In this document: positions 18,119 to 26,615 of the stretch, piece after piece | How positions within the stretch are numbered: position 1 is the stretch's first letter | Layout of the letters: each line of letters opens with the position of its first letter | NCBI GenBank assembly: GCA_937899865.1 | Contig: CALBRH010000028.1 | Coordinates: 1 to 53,141 of the forward strand | Direction: 5' to 3' | Length of the DNA stretch: 53,141 nucleotides | Source of the DNA: an uncultured euryarchaeote | GTDB taxonomy: Archaea > Thermoplasmatota > Poseidoniia > Poseidoniales > Poseidoniaceae | Program-made: the position numbers and the translations under genes | The notes under the pieces: generated by a model | What the model was told of the DNA's origin: nothing | The model's input: only the letters and a program-made list of their open reading frames with translations | The model's database searches: none

Positions 18119-18343
18119 TTATTTTACAACAGCCGGCAATTGTTGTTGCGGAATATGAGTCGGGCATGTATTGATGCCCATTATAGAATAAAAGGGACAG
18201 AATCCGAAAACAGAAGAAACTAGACCCCATAGTCCCAAGATTAGGAATACTATTTCCCAACTTGAGCTTGCTAGATAATCAAAAGTTAGTATAGACGCAC
18301 CTGATAATAATCTAATACTGCGGTCTAAATTACTAAGATTCAT
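18119..18343 (-). CDS. DUF2892 (YgaP-like) small membrane protein
   Basis: MNLSNLDRSIRL...two hydrophobic segments...FGFCPFYSIMGINTCP. Confidence 0.85.
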   Translation of the reverse strand: MNLSNLDRSIRLLSGASILTFDYLASSSWEIVFLILGLWGLVSSVFGFCPFYSIMGINTCPTHIPQQQLPAVVK

Positions 18344-18527
18344 GAGCCAATTTCTGTCTTTCGTGTTATAAACAGTTGTTTAGAATGAGTATTTTGTCAC
18401 AGCAAAACTGGCGCCAATATCTCCTTCTGAAAATAAAGCAAGTCTAACCACCATTGACATCAATGCCAATGGAGAGTTAGGCCTACAGGATTTGGAGGAC
18501 CTGTAACATGCTTTCAAGCAATTATTT

Positions 18528-20009
18528 TTACTTCTCATTGTTATTGTTTTGTGGCTCTACTAGAGTCCAATCGCCAACCGAATCACCTTGGGTACAATCT
18601 AGCACATCATGGTTATTAGATGGGGAATAATATGCAGGATGGTTGTAATTTGCATTGTTGGGATCATTCGCGTCTAATAATTGCCAGTCTCCAGCATTGC
18701 CGTCAATAACATCTTGTTGAGTGTATGATATGTGCCCATTGGCTTGGCCCCCATATAGGACATATGAATCATCGCAGGTTGGGTTAGCGTTAGATGAACC
18801 ATCGCCGCTACCGCCGTCACCGCTTCCACTGTCACCACTACCGCCATCGCCGCTTCCACTGCCGCCACCGCTACTAGGTGCTTGTAGGGTCCAGCCACTA
18901 ACAGAATCGTCTTGTGTGCAATCTAGCACGTCTCTCTCGCCATTAACGGAATAATAGTAAGCAGGATGATTGTAATCTGGCCAATCATTAGGATCTAGTA
19001 GAGTCCAATCTGTAGCTGATCCATCAATCACTTCTTGCTGAGTGTAAGAAGTATGAGATGGGTGTCCGGAGTAAAGGACGTAAGAATCGTCACAATCTGG
19101 GTTCGCTGGAGGAGTTGATGCGCAATCAGAATCTGAGCCATCTATATCTCCATCATTATCATTATCAATACCGTCATCACAAACAGTTTCAGTGTTCTCA
19201 CTTCCGCTGTCGCCACTTCCACTGCCGCCACCACCGTGGCTACCGCCGCCACTTGACATTTCAGTTAGAATCCAAGTTCCTCCGTTTCCATCAGATACGG
19301 AATCGCCGTCAGAGCAGTCTAATACTTGATGTAATTGCTTGTGATAGTATGCTGGGTGTTCATAATTTGATGATGATTCACTAAGTAGCATCCACGTAGA
19401 GTGCCCGCCTTCATCAATTGTTGATTTTGTAATTACCGTATGAGTTTGGGTGTTGTAAAGTACTTTTGAATAACAAGGGTTTTCTGGCAGAGGTGTGCTT
19501 TCTGCAGTAGTTGAGGATTGGTCCAGAGTGACTCCTTCTCGATTGTTGACTATTGAAACGGTTACTTCGCATAGTTCACCGTCACATAGGTCAACTCCGT
19601 TTTCCTTGATGGTTACAGCTTCACCTACTTCCCAAATATTGCCTGTAGGTTCGGATTCAAGAACGATACAAGAGCCGGTTGATTCTCCCGGCCCAGCACA
19701 TGATACTGATGCTGCTCCAGCAATGGAAATTTTGACATCGATCTTAGCCCAGTCGATATCTTCTCCTTGATCCATAGTAACAATAATCAAATTGTCATTT
19801 GTATCTGAAGTCATTTCACCAGGTGCGCTGGAAGCACTAAATGTGTACATTTCAAAGGCGCCATCTGTATTGCTTTCGGCTAAATTAGCCGCCCACACAT
19901 ACAATACACCGGATAATACTACAGTAATTGCTACCATCAAAATAGTTGCAATCACCGGACTTACTGCTTTTTCATAATTTACTCTCTTCACTTGTCGCAT
20001 TTCCACCAC
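18528..20009 (-). CDS. Archaeal type IV pilin-like protein (class III signal) with three C-terminal tandem domains
   Basis: KA|VSPVIATILMVAITVVLSGVLYVW N-terminus; pilin-like globular part ending WEVGEAVTI; three related repeats, G/S linkers and a CDDGIDNDNDGDIDGSDSDC motif. Confidence 0.85.
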   Translation of the reverse strand: MVEMRQVKRVNYEKAVSPVIATILMVAITVVLSGVLYVWAANLAESNTDGAFEMYTFSASSAPGEMTSDTNDNLIIVTMDQGEDIDWAKIDVKISIAGAASVSCAGPGESTGSCIVLESEPTGNIWEVGEAVTIKENGVDLCDGELCEVTVSIVNNREGVTLDQSSTTAESTPLPENPCYSKVLYNTQTHTVITKSTIDEGGHSTWMLLSESSSNYEHPAYYHKQLHQVLDCSDGDSVSDGNGGTWILTEMSSGGGSHGGGGSGSGDSGSENTETVCDDGIDNDNDGDIDGSDSDCASTPPANPDCDDSYVLYSGHPSHTSYTQQEVIDGSATDWTLLDPNDWPDYNHPAYYYSVNGERDVLDCTQDDSVSGWTLQAPSSGGGSGSGDGGSGDSGSGDGGSGDGSSNANPTCDDSYVLYGGQANGHISYTQQDVIDGNAGDWQLLDANDPNNANYNHPAYYSPSNNHDVLDCTQGDSVGDWTLVEPQNNNNEK

Positions 20010-20106
20010 TTTAGGTCGAACAAATCTAGGTCCTATATATACGCCTGTAAATATCTAAATTGCGTTTAGGATAGAGTTCAATAAGTGTTGCCATTTTGTT
20101 TGCCTC

Positions 20107-21270
20107 ATGGCAAGCTTACTCGAGTATGGGCTAGTGATAATTGGAGCAATATTAGGAGTCGTGATTGGTTACCTATTGGGTGGAAACAAAGATAGTAGCA
20201 GCCAGGTTAGAAGTGAGCTTAGAGAAATGAGCAGAGATACTAGAGATAGTATTCAACAGACCGTAGTAACTGTAGTCAAAGAATTGGGTGAAGAGCAGCA
20301 AAAGCATCTAGTAACTGTAGGCAAAAACATCTCAAACTTACAAGAGTCTAATGAAAAGAAGTTAGATGAGATGCGGCAAGTTGTCGACGAGAAGTTACAA
20401 ACTACGTTGGAGAAGCGGATTGGTGAGTCATTCAAATTAGTAAGTGAGCGACTGGAAGCGGTTCACAAAGGACTTGGAGACATGCAAACCCTAGCAACTG
20501 ATGTTGGAGGACTAAAGAAGGTCTTGAGTAATGTTTCAACCCGAGGAGCAATGGGGGAGATTCAGGCTGAGAAGATCCTTCAGCAGATACTCGCTCCCGC
20601 ACAATATAGTAAGAATGTAAAAACACACCCAGAATGTCGTGGACAAGTGGAGTTCGCTATCAAGCTCCCTGGCTTAGATGGCAATATGGATGAACCAGTA
20701 TGGTTGCCAATAGACTGTAAATTCCCCAAAGAAGATTATGAGCGATTGCTAATTGCTTATGATGAAGGCGATAAGAAGAATATCGAGAATGCATACAAAA
20801 CCTTTGCTTCAAATGTTACTGCTAAAGCCAAAGAAATCCGAAGTAAATATGTTGCTGCGCCCCATACTACAGATTTCGCTGTTATGTTTTTACCGACAGA
20901 GGGTTTGTACGCAGATGTAGTTAGGCGCCCTGGTCTGTTTGAAGCATTGCAGAGAGACCACCAAATTGTAGTGACTGGGCCTTCTACATTAGCAGCGTTC
21001 GTTAACAGTCTACAGATGGGTTTCAGGACTCTTGCGCTTGAGTCTAATGCCAGTGAAGTCTACAATGTACTCGGTACTGTAAAAACTGAATTTGTCAAGT
21101 TTGGTAAGCACTTAGGTGCTCTCCATAAGCAACTCAATACTGCGGCAAACTCTATTGGCGGTGAAGGTGATTCAATTCAAAGACGACTTCGAGCAATGGA
21201 ACGGGCACTGAAAGATGTTGAAGCGCTTGAATCACCTAGTAATGACATTATGAATTTGCTCGAAGAATGA
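20107..21270 (+). CDS. rmuC: DNA recombination protein RmuC
   Basis: N-terminal TM and coiled coil; TRGAMGEIQAE, VEFAIKLP, LPIDCKFPKEDY, TTDFAVMFLPTEGLY and GPSTLAA. Confidence 0.93.
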   Translation: MASLLEYGLVIIGAILGVVIGYLLGGNKDSSSQVRSELREMSRDTRDSIQQTVVTVVKELGEEQQKHLVTVGKNISNLQESNEKKLDEMRQVVDEKLQTTLEKRIGESFKLVSERLEAVHKGLGDMQTLATDVGGLKKVLSNVSTRGAMGEIQAEKILQQILAPAQYSKNVKTHPECRGQVEFAIKLPGLDGNMDEPVWLPIDCKFPKEDYERLLIAYDEGDKKNIENAYKTFASNVTAKAKEIRSKYVAAPHTTDFAVMFLPTEGLYADVVRRPGLFEALQRDHQIVVTGPSTLAAFVNSLQMGFRTLALESNASEVYNVLGTVKTEFVKFGKHLGALHKQLNTAANSIGGEGDSIQRRLRAMERALKDVEALESPSNDIMNLLEE

Positions 21271-21630
21271 TCAAATCCAAACATCGTTCGAGGCAGTCAA
21301 ATCACTATCTGCCTCACCGGTATTTACCACACCTTTAGGTTCGACAAGGAGTATCTTGCATTCATCATCTGCGTATGGTTTGTGTTGCACACCTTTAGGC
21401 ACTACATACATTTCACCAGCATTAAGTTCAATGGTTTCTTCAGCAAACTCTATTTTCAAACAACCCTCGATCACTATGAATACTTCATCGGTATCACTAT
21501 GATTGTGCCAAACAAATTCGCCCTTCACTTTGGCTAATTTAAACTGATAATCATTCATTTCAGCGATTACTTTTGGCGTCCAATGTTCACTAAATTTGCT
21601 AAACTTATCTTGGAAATTTATCTTGGCCAT
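21271..21630 (-). CDS. Cupin domain protein
   Basis: FSEHWTPKVIAEMNDYQFKLAKVKGEFVWHNHSDTDEVF...GEMYVVPKGVQHKP. Confidence 0.92.
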   Translation of the reverse strand: MAKINFQDKFSKFSEHWTPKVIAEMNDYQFKLAKVKGEFVWHNHSDTDEVFIVIEGCLKIEFAEETIELNAGEMYVVPKGVQHKPYADDECKILLVEPKGVVNTGEADSDLTASNDVWI

Positions 21631-21681
21631 GATAATGCTAAATGGCTATTATTGAATAATTTGTCTTGATATTGATAGCAT

Positions 21682-23499
21682 TCAACATCCATCAGGATCC
21701 CATGCAATCATGTCACTAGTTGAGTTTTCAAACAAGCCGTCCCATTCGCCACTACAAATTAGATAATCGGGATAATCATAATCGCCCGCTGCATCAACTC
21801 TTAATCCAGAGAAACTAACCGACCGGTCGCCTAATTGGTCAGCATTACCGGTAATAATTTTCACAACAGAAACATTCTCTACCGTATTATCAAACGCATG
21901 TCTAAACCACTCGCCATAATAAAATCCATCCGGATAATTATCGTATGAAGCATAGCGTTCATAATCGCCATACATGTAAGGTGAGTCGATTTGTAGCACC
22001 CACTCGGAACTATTGTCAGTCATTGTATAGACTTCAAGGCCTGAATAACCAACCGTCTGGCCGCCAGGGTGCGGCATAACTAGCATGCTAATTCCATCAA
22101 TATCTGACACCTCTTCTAATTCATATACAAACTCAAATGCTCTTGAATCTCCAGTTCGATACCGGTAGGTGCATATGCCGCCATTGGTGACTAGATTCGC
22201 ATCAGAATACGCGCCATCCTCTCTATTATGCTCATAACCATCCATTGATGTTTCACCTACCACGGTAAGCGGCACTGTAACAGGATAATTTACGCTATAA
22301 TCACACCATCGGTTTGGCATTTCATAGTCATCATAATAAGTCCCAAATTCATTTTCCATACCCACAAAGATACCAACAATGATGAAGATGGCTATCGTTC
22401 CAACAAATAATATTGGCACTAAGATAAGTGCAAATATACCTTTCATGGCGGTTTGCATATTTTCCTTATTATCCAAATCACGCCTTGTGTTGCCAGTCAC
22501 CGAATGTTTTGTTGAAGGTGGTTTATACCTGTTTTTGGCCATTGTTTCTAATCCTAGTAATTTTATCAACTCGTCCCTGCCCCAGCCAGATTTGCCGCCA
22601 GCGCCCAAGCCGGAGAACAGTTCCCCGCCATTAGCGTCGATTATTCTGAAATGACGGTGTTTGGTTGTGGTAGTGTGCCCATCGGAATCTGTTGATGTGC
22701 TTGTAGTAGTCCAAGTCAGTAATTTGTCTGTCATTTCTTTGACGTAAATAAATAGCACAGAATTTCCTTGATACCAAACATAGGTTTGTTGATTTTTAAA
22801 ATGCAAAATCTTAGTGCGAATGGAATATATACGAATAAGTAATAATATAGCAGCGATACTAGAAAAAATGAATGGTAAGATGCCACCTTCAAGCGCAAAA
22901 CTTGAAGCAATAAATACCATAGATATCAATATACTACCGGCAAAGAAATTTTCAATATTATTGTCGAATTTGTGGATTTCTGGTGTTTCAACCGATTCGA
23001 GTTGTGCAACATCAATTTGTTGCATTGCGTCAATCCGCTGCTGTGTTGGTACAATTTCAGTAGATGACGATATTGGATTGTCGTTAACCTCAACCTTCGC
23101 GATCTGACTGAATGAACCCGTAGTAAAAATCGATTCTAGATATTTTAACGCGTCATCGATGTCACCGGTTTGCTGACTTTGCATTGCACCATCTGTCCAA
23201 TACTCAATCAGTCCACTTTCGATATGCATCTGAAAAAAGGCATTTCTATTATCATCTATCTCGACAATCCAAAATTCATTACTGGAACGGATTGCATTAA
23301 TCGCTTCATTGGACAACATGGCTTGGTTCTCGATGAAAAAATCTCTCTCCCGCCCATCGATTTCGATTTTTAGTGGATTGGGAAAATGAATCTTATCAGA
23401 TTGCTCCATATCTGGTGTTTCAGCCAGTTCAACCCCGTCATGTTTCTTCGCTTTTTCTTCTTCCTCAGGAGGTTTAACATCCCAAAAGTTAGTTGACAC
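21682..23499 (-). CDS. Hypothetical multi-domain membrane protein with a C-terminal extracellular beta-rich domain
   Basis: 605-aa ORF with about 3 hydrophobic segments and a Tyr/Asp/Cys-rich C-terminus; no family recognised. Confidence 0.7.
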   Translation of the reverse strand: MSTNFWDVKPPEEEEKAKKHDGVELAETPDMEQSDKIHFPNPLKIEIDGRERDFFIENQAMLSNEAINAIRSSNEFWIVEIDDNRNAFFQMHIESGLIEYWTDGAMQSQQTGDIDDALKYLESIFTTGSFSQIAKVEVNDNPISSSTEIVPTQQRIDAMQQIDVAQLESVETPEIHKFDNNIENFFAGSILISMVFIASSFALEGGILPFIFSSIAAILLLIRIYSIRTKILHFKNQQTYVWYQGNSVLFIYVKEMTDKLLTWTTTSTSTDSDGHTTTTKHRHFRIIDANGGELFSGLGAGGKSGWGRDELIKLLGLETMAKNRYKPPSTKHSVTGNTRRDLDNKENMQTAMKGIFALILVPILFVGTIAIFIIVGIFVGMENEFGTYYDDYEMPNRWCDYSVNYPVTVPLTVVGETSMDGYEHNREDGAYSDANLVTNGGICTYRYRTGDSRAFEFVYELEEVSDIDGISMLVMPHPGGQTVGYSGLEVYTMTDNSSEWVLQIDSPYMYGDYERYASYDNYPDGFYYGEWFRHAFDNTVENVSVVKIITGNADQLGDRSVSFSGLRVDAAGDYDYPDYLICSGEWDGLFENSTSDMIAWDPDGC

Positions 23500-23593
23500 A
23501 GTTTAACGATTAGGTTAGGGTTTTTCTTACTTTGGCCGACAAAATTTTTCACTACTACAGATATGATTTAACTATAGTATAAGCAATGATGGC

Positions 23594-24457
23594 TTACACA
23601 AAATTACTTTTGAGGGTTGAAAATGTTGACCTAAGCATGCTAACTAGCATAATAATCCCAATGATAACAAATGGAAATACACAACAAATAGCAAAATCTA
23701 GTCCTGAAAAACCGTTTTCTAACACTGCTTCAGCGGGATTGTCTGGATTGACATATACTGTGACATCACTCCCTGGTGGATACTTTTCATCAGCATCTTC
23801 TGACCAAGAATTGCAGGAGTCTTCTTGGCTGTAACTCACAACATAGCCACTGTAAGTCTTATTCTCATATGTGTATTGATAATCCACCCACAGACAATAT
23901 GTAGGCCCACCCTCGCTACTGGTTGATTCGTCAACTCCACTATCGATGACAATCCCATCAGTAGGCGTCCAATCGGTGGTCCCTAGATCGGCAAGTGCTG
24001 GTCCACCAATAAATATGAGCGCGAGAAATGAAACCGAACACCAAATACCGGTAAATATCCAACCACCAAACAAGGCGCCGATACTTGTGGGTCCATGGAT
24101 ATCGATTGTGCCACTACCGGATTCGGTATCGTAGCCAGGTTTGCTCACGCCTTCAACACTGTCGTTTTCTAATATCGTGATTACTGAATCAAGAATCTTC
24201 TGAGCATCGGCCTTTGTTGATATCTTGCTTATGCCGGATTTTGATTTGAAGTAATCAAGGGTCTTTCGTGACCCTTCTCCTCGGTTTTGGTTATACCACC
24301 ACACGATGTGGTTGCCGTCGTTATCGCTATCCCAATTACTGACCGGGAAATCATCTAATGTTACTTGTATTTTTGTAACCGTCGAAACTGACTGCTTTTG
24401 TTGTTCATCGTCGTCGTTACTGGACGGTAGATTCGCCTCCCAGAAGTTCTCTGACAT
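23594..24457 (-). CDS. DUF3592-like membrane protein
   Basis: TM, then WTPTDGIVIDSGV...VDYQYTYENKTYSG...YPPGSDVTVYVNPDNPAEAVL, then TM. Confidence 0.85.
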   Translation of the reverse strand: MSENFWEANLPSSNDDDEQQKQSVSTVTKIQVTLDDFPVSNWDSDNDGNHIVWWYNQNRGEGSRKTLDYFKSKSGISKISTKADAQKILDSVITILENDSVEGVSKPGYDTESGSGTIDIHGPTSIGALFGGWIFTGIWCSVSFLALIFIGGPALADLGTTDWTPTDGIVIDSGVDESTSSEGGPTYCLWVDYQYTYENKTYSGYVVSYSQEDSCNSWSEDADEKYPPGSDVTVYVNPDNPAEAVLENGFSGLDFAICCVFPFVIIGIIMLVSMLRSTFSTLKSNFV

Positions 24458-24464
24458 CGTATCT

Positions 24465-24486
24465 CCCCTAGCTGTAGGGGTTTTTT
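24465..24486 (+). terminator. Intrinsic-terminator-like hairpin with T6 tail
   Basis: CCCCTA-GCTG-TAGGGG followed by TTTTTT; oriented opposite to the flanking genes. Confidence 0.35.
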
Positions 24487-24519
24487 GTGTTTACCCGATT
24501 GTTTCAGGAATCCGTCTGA

Positions 24520-25356
24520 TTAGGGGTCGGTAGTTGGGTCCCAACCAGAAATATAGTTACACTCAAGGGATTTGATTTCCTCATAGTGTGATGATATGTC
24601 GACATCTAGGGAGGCGATATTTTCAATAATTCGCTCAGGCCTACTTGATTTTGGTATGGTAATACAGCCCTCATCATAGCAGAATTTTATCGCAACTTGA
24701 GCAGGCGTGCAGTCTAATTCATTGGCGATTTTTTCTAGTTTTGGATCGGTTACTTTGTGGCCTCGTGCCAACGGAGAATACGCCATAATCTTCGCTCCTA
24801 CGGCTTCTGTCGCTTGTTTTAATTCGGGCCGCTGCAACCAAGGATTGAATTCAACTTGGTTGACGCTTGGCATGTATTTTGCATAACTTTTCATCGCTTC
24901 TAGGTGAGCTGGCCCATAATTGGACACGCCAATTGATTTTACCATCCCTTGCTCTAAGCAATATTCCATAGCTTGCCACACTGGAGCCCTGTGATCAGGA
25001 TTTTCTGGCGGAGCATGAACAAGATAAAGATCGATGTAATCCATATCAAGTAGTTCCAAAGACTTCCTACAATGTTCGATTGTCTCTTCGTAACCAGTTG
25101 CGTGGCCTCGTCGCAGTTTAGTGGTAATGAATACTGAGTTTCTATCAACTCCAGATTCTCTAATTGCTTGACCAACCTCATGTTCGTTATTGTATGCTCT
25201 TGCAGTATCAATGTGAGTATAGCCCGCATTTAGTGCATTGAGTACTGAAGACTTACATTCACCATCATCAGACATCAAAAATACTCCAAGGCCAAATTGA
25301 GGTATATCATGTTCGAAGGCTGTTTCCCCATTTGGCGTTGCATGGCTAATTCGCAT
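24520..25356 (-). CDS. Aldo/keto reductase (AKR5-like)
   Basis: GLGVF, HIDTARAYNNE, FITTKL, DYIDLYLVH, IGVSNY, NQVEFNP, AYSPL and IPKSS. Confidence 0.95.
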   Translation of the reverse strand: MRISHATPNGETAFEHDIPQFGLGVFLMSDDGECKSSVLNALNAGYTHIDTARAYNNEHEVGQAIRESGVDRNSVFITTKLRRGHATGYEETIEHCRKSLELLDMDYIDLYLVHAPPENPDHRAPVWQAMEYCLEQGMVKSIGVSNYGPAHLEAMKSYAKYMPSVNQVEFNPWLQRPELKQATEAVGAKIMAYSPLARGHKVTDPKLEKIANELDCTPAQVAIKFCYDEGCITIPKSSRPERIIENIASLDVDISSHYEEIKSLECNYISGWDPTTDP

Positions 25357-25394
25357 GATTACGCGTAATTAGAGGAGGTTGATGAATCCCCCGA

Positions 25395-26039
25395 TTATTC
25401 CTCTTCTGACCAAGTTTTACGCATGACCTTCCCGGTCATCTTACCTGCTTCAACGGGTTCAATATCATGGTCAACTATCAGATGCTTGACCATTTCATGT
25501 TGAAAAATCATCTCTTTACAGACTGGACATTCGAGTTGACGCGCCTTGCGATAGCCAACGAACTCGAGTCTGCCTTCTTTGGTTGCTAGCCTTCTACCGG
25601 TTCGTAATAAGACTGAGACAAACGCTACAACAAACAGTACAATAAAACAACCAAAACCCATGAAAACCCCTGATATTGCTGGGTTCTGATTTAATCTCAA
25701 ATCTTGATACACTTTACCTTCAGGCGAGTTTTGATGTTGGGCTAAATCAATAATGTGAGTGAAATTTTCGCCGCGTAGTGATAATAAAATATCAATCCCG
25801 TCTTCTTCATCGCCCGCATCGATAACTACAGTAAAGTCGCCATAAGCGTCTGTCATCGCTTTAGTACCTCGATATTGGTAGCATTCATATGCTCCAACCT
25901 CACATTCAACATAGACGTAGTCTAAGGACACTGGTGTGTTGTCTGCATATGTTGCCTTGCCGCTAATTCGGTAAGTTTCTGCACTAGCAATTGGGCACAG
26001 CAATAAAACAAGGAATCCCGCTAGAATTGCTCGCTTCAT
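25395..26039 (-). CDS. Hypothetical single-pass membrane protein with a C-terminal C2H2-like motif
   Basis: Signal peptide; beta-rich ectodomain (YRISGKAT...TDAYGDFTV); TM; CPVC-x11-H-x4-H. Confidence 0.7.
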   Translation of the reverse strand: MKRAILAGFLVLLLCPIASAETYRISGKATYADNTPVSLDYVYVECEVGAYECYQYRGTKAMTDAYGDFTVVIDAGDEEDGIDILLSLRGENFTHIIDLAQHQNSPEGKVYQDLRLNQNPAISGVFMGFGCFIVLFVVAFVSVLLRTGRRLATKEGRLEFVGYRKARQLECPVCKEMIFQHEMVKHLIVDHDIEPVEAGKMTGKVMRKTWSEEE

Positions 26040-26153
26040 GACATTTGGTGAGGGTTTGGGCTTTTAGATGCTTGATTATATCCATAGAACTATTTTCACC
26101 AGAATTCAGATACTTGCCTTTTCTTCATAGACTGAGTGATGTTTCTGCGCACC

Positions 26154-26615
26154 ATGGGCGAGTTAATTACCGGGCAAGCAGCTACTTATGTTGAAGAAAT
26201 GTACATGAATACACGAGAAAGATATGAAATCATTTGCATTACCAAAGATGTTCAAAAAATAGTTGCAGAATCTGGAATTAAAGATGGTTTAGTATTGGTC
26301 AACCCAATGCACATTACTGCTTCTTGTTATGTTAACGATCTTGAATATGGCCTCCATCATGATATTATGAAATGGCTGGAAAAGGTTGCACCATTCTACG
26401 GAGTTAACGGTCGAGATGGCGAGGAATACCACCATCATAGAACTGGTGAAGATAATGGTGATGCCCATCTAAAGCGTCAATTGCTCGGCCAACAAGTTAC
26501 CATGCCGGTGCGTGATGGACGGTTACACTTGGGCACATGGGAGCAAATTCATTATGCTGAATTTGACGGACAAAGACAAAAACGAATTCTTGTCAAAGTG
26601 GTTGGCGTAATTTGA
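26154..26615 (+). CDS. yjbQ: YjbQ/UPF0047 family protein
   Basis: IKDGLVLV..MHITASCYVND, YHH...EDNGDAHLK and LHLGTWEQIHYAEFDGQR. Exact start uncertain. Confidence 0.9.
   Translation: MGELITGQAATYVEEMYMNTRERYEIICITKDVQKIVAESGIKDGLVLVNPMHITASCYVNDLEYGLHHDIMKWLEKVAPFYGVNGRDGEEYHHHRTGEDNGDAHLKRQLLGQQVTMPVRDGRLHLGTWEQIHYAEFDGQRQKRILVKVVGVI

Noticed and set aside
18452-18465. CATTGA-CA-TCAATG inverted repeat, and a nearby TACAGG/CCTGTA stem
   Set aside because: Short, AT-rich and far from a clear promoter; within chance expectation.
18800-18870. CCGCC/CACT micro-repeats
   Set aside because: Simply encode the G/S linker of the pilin.
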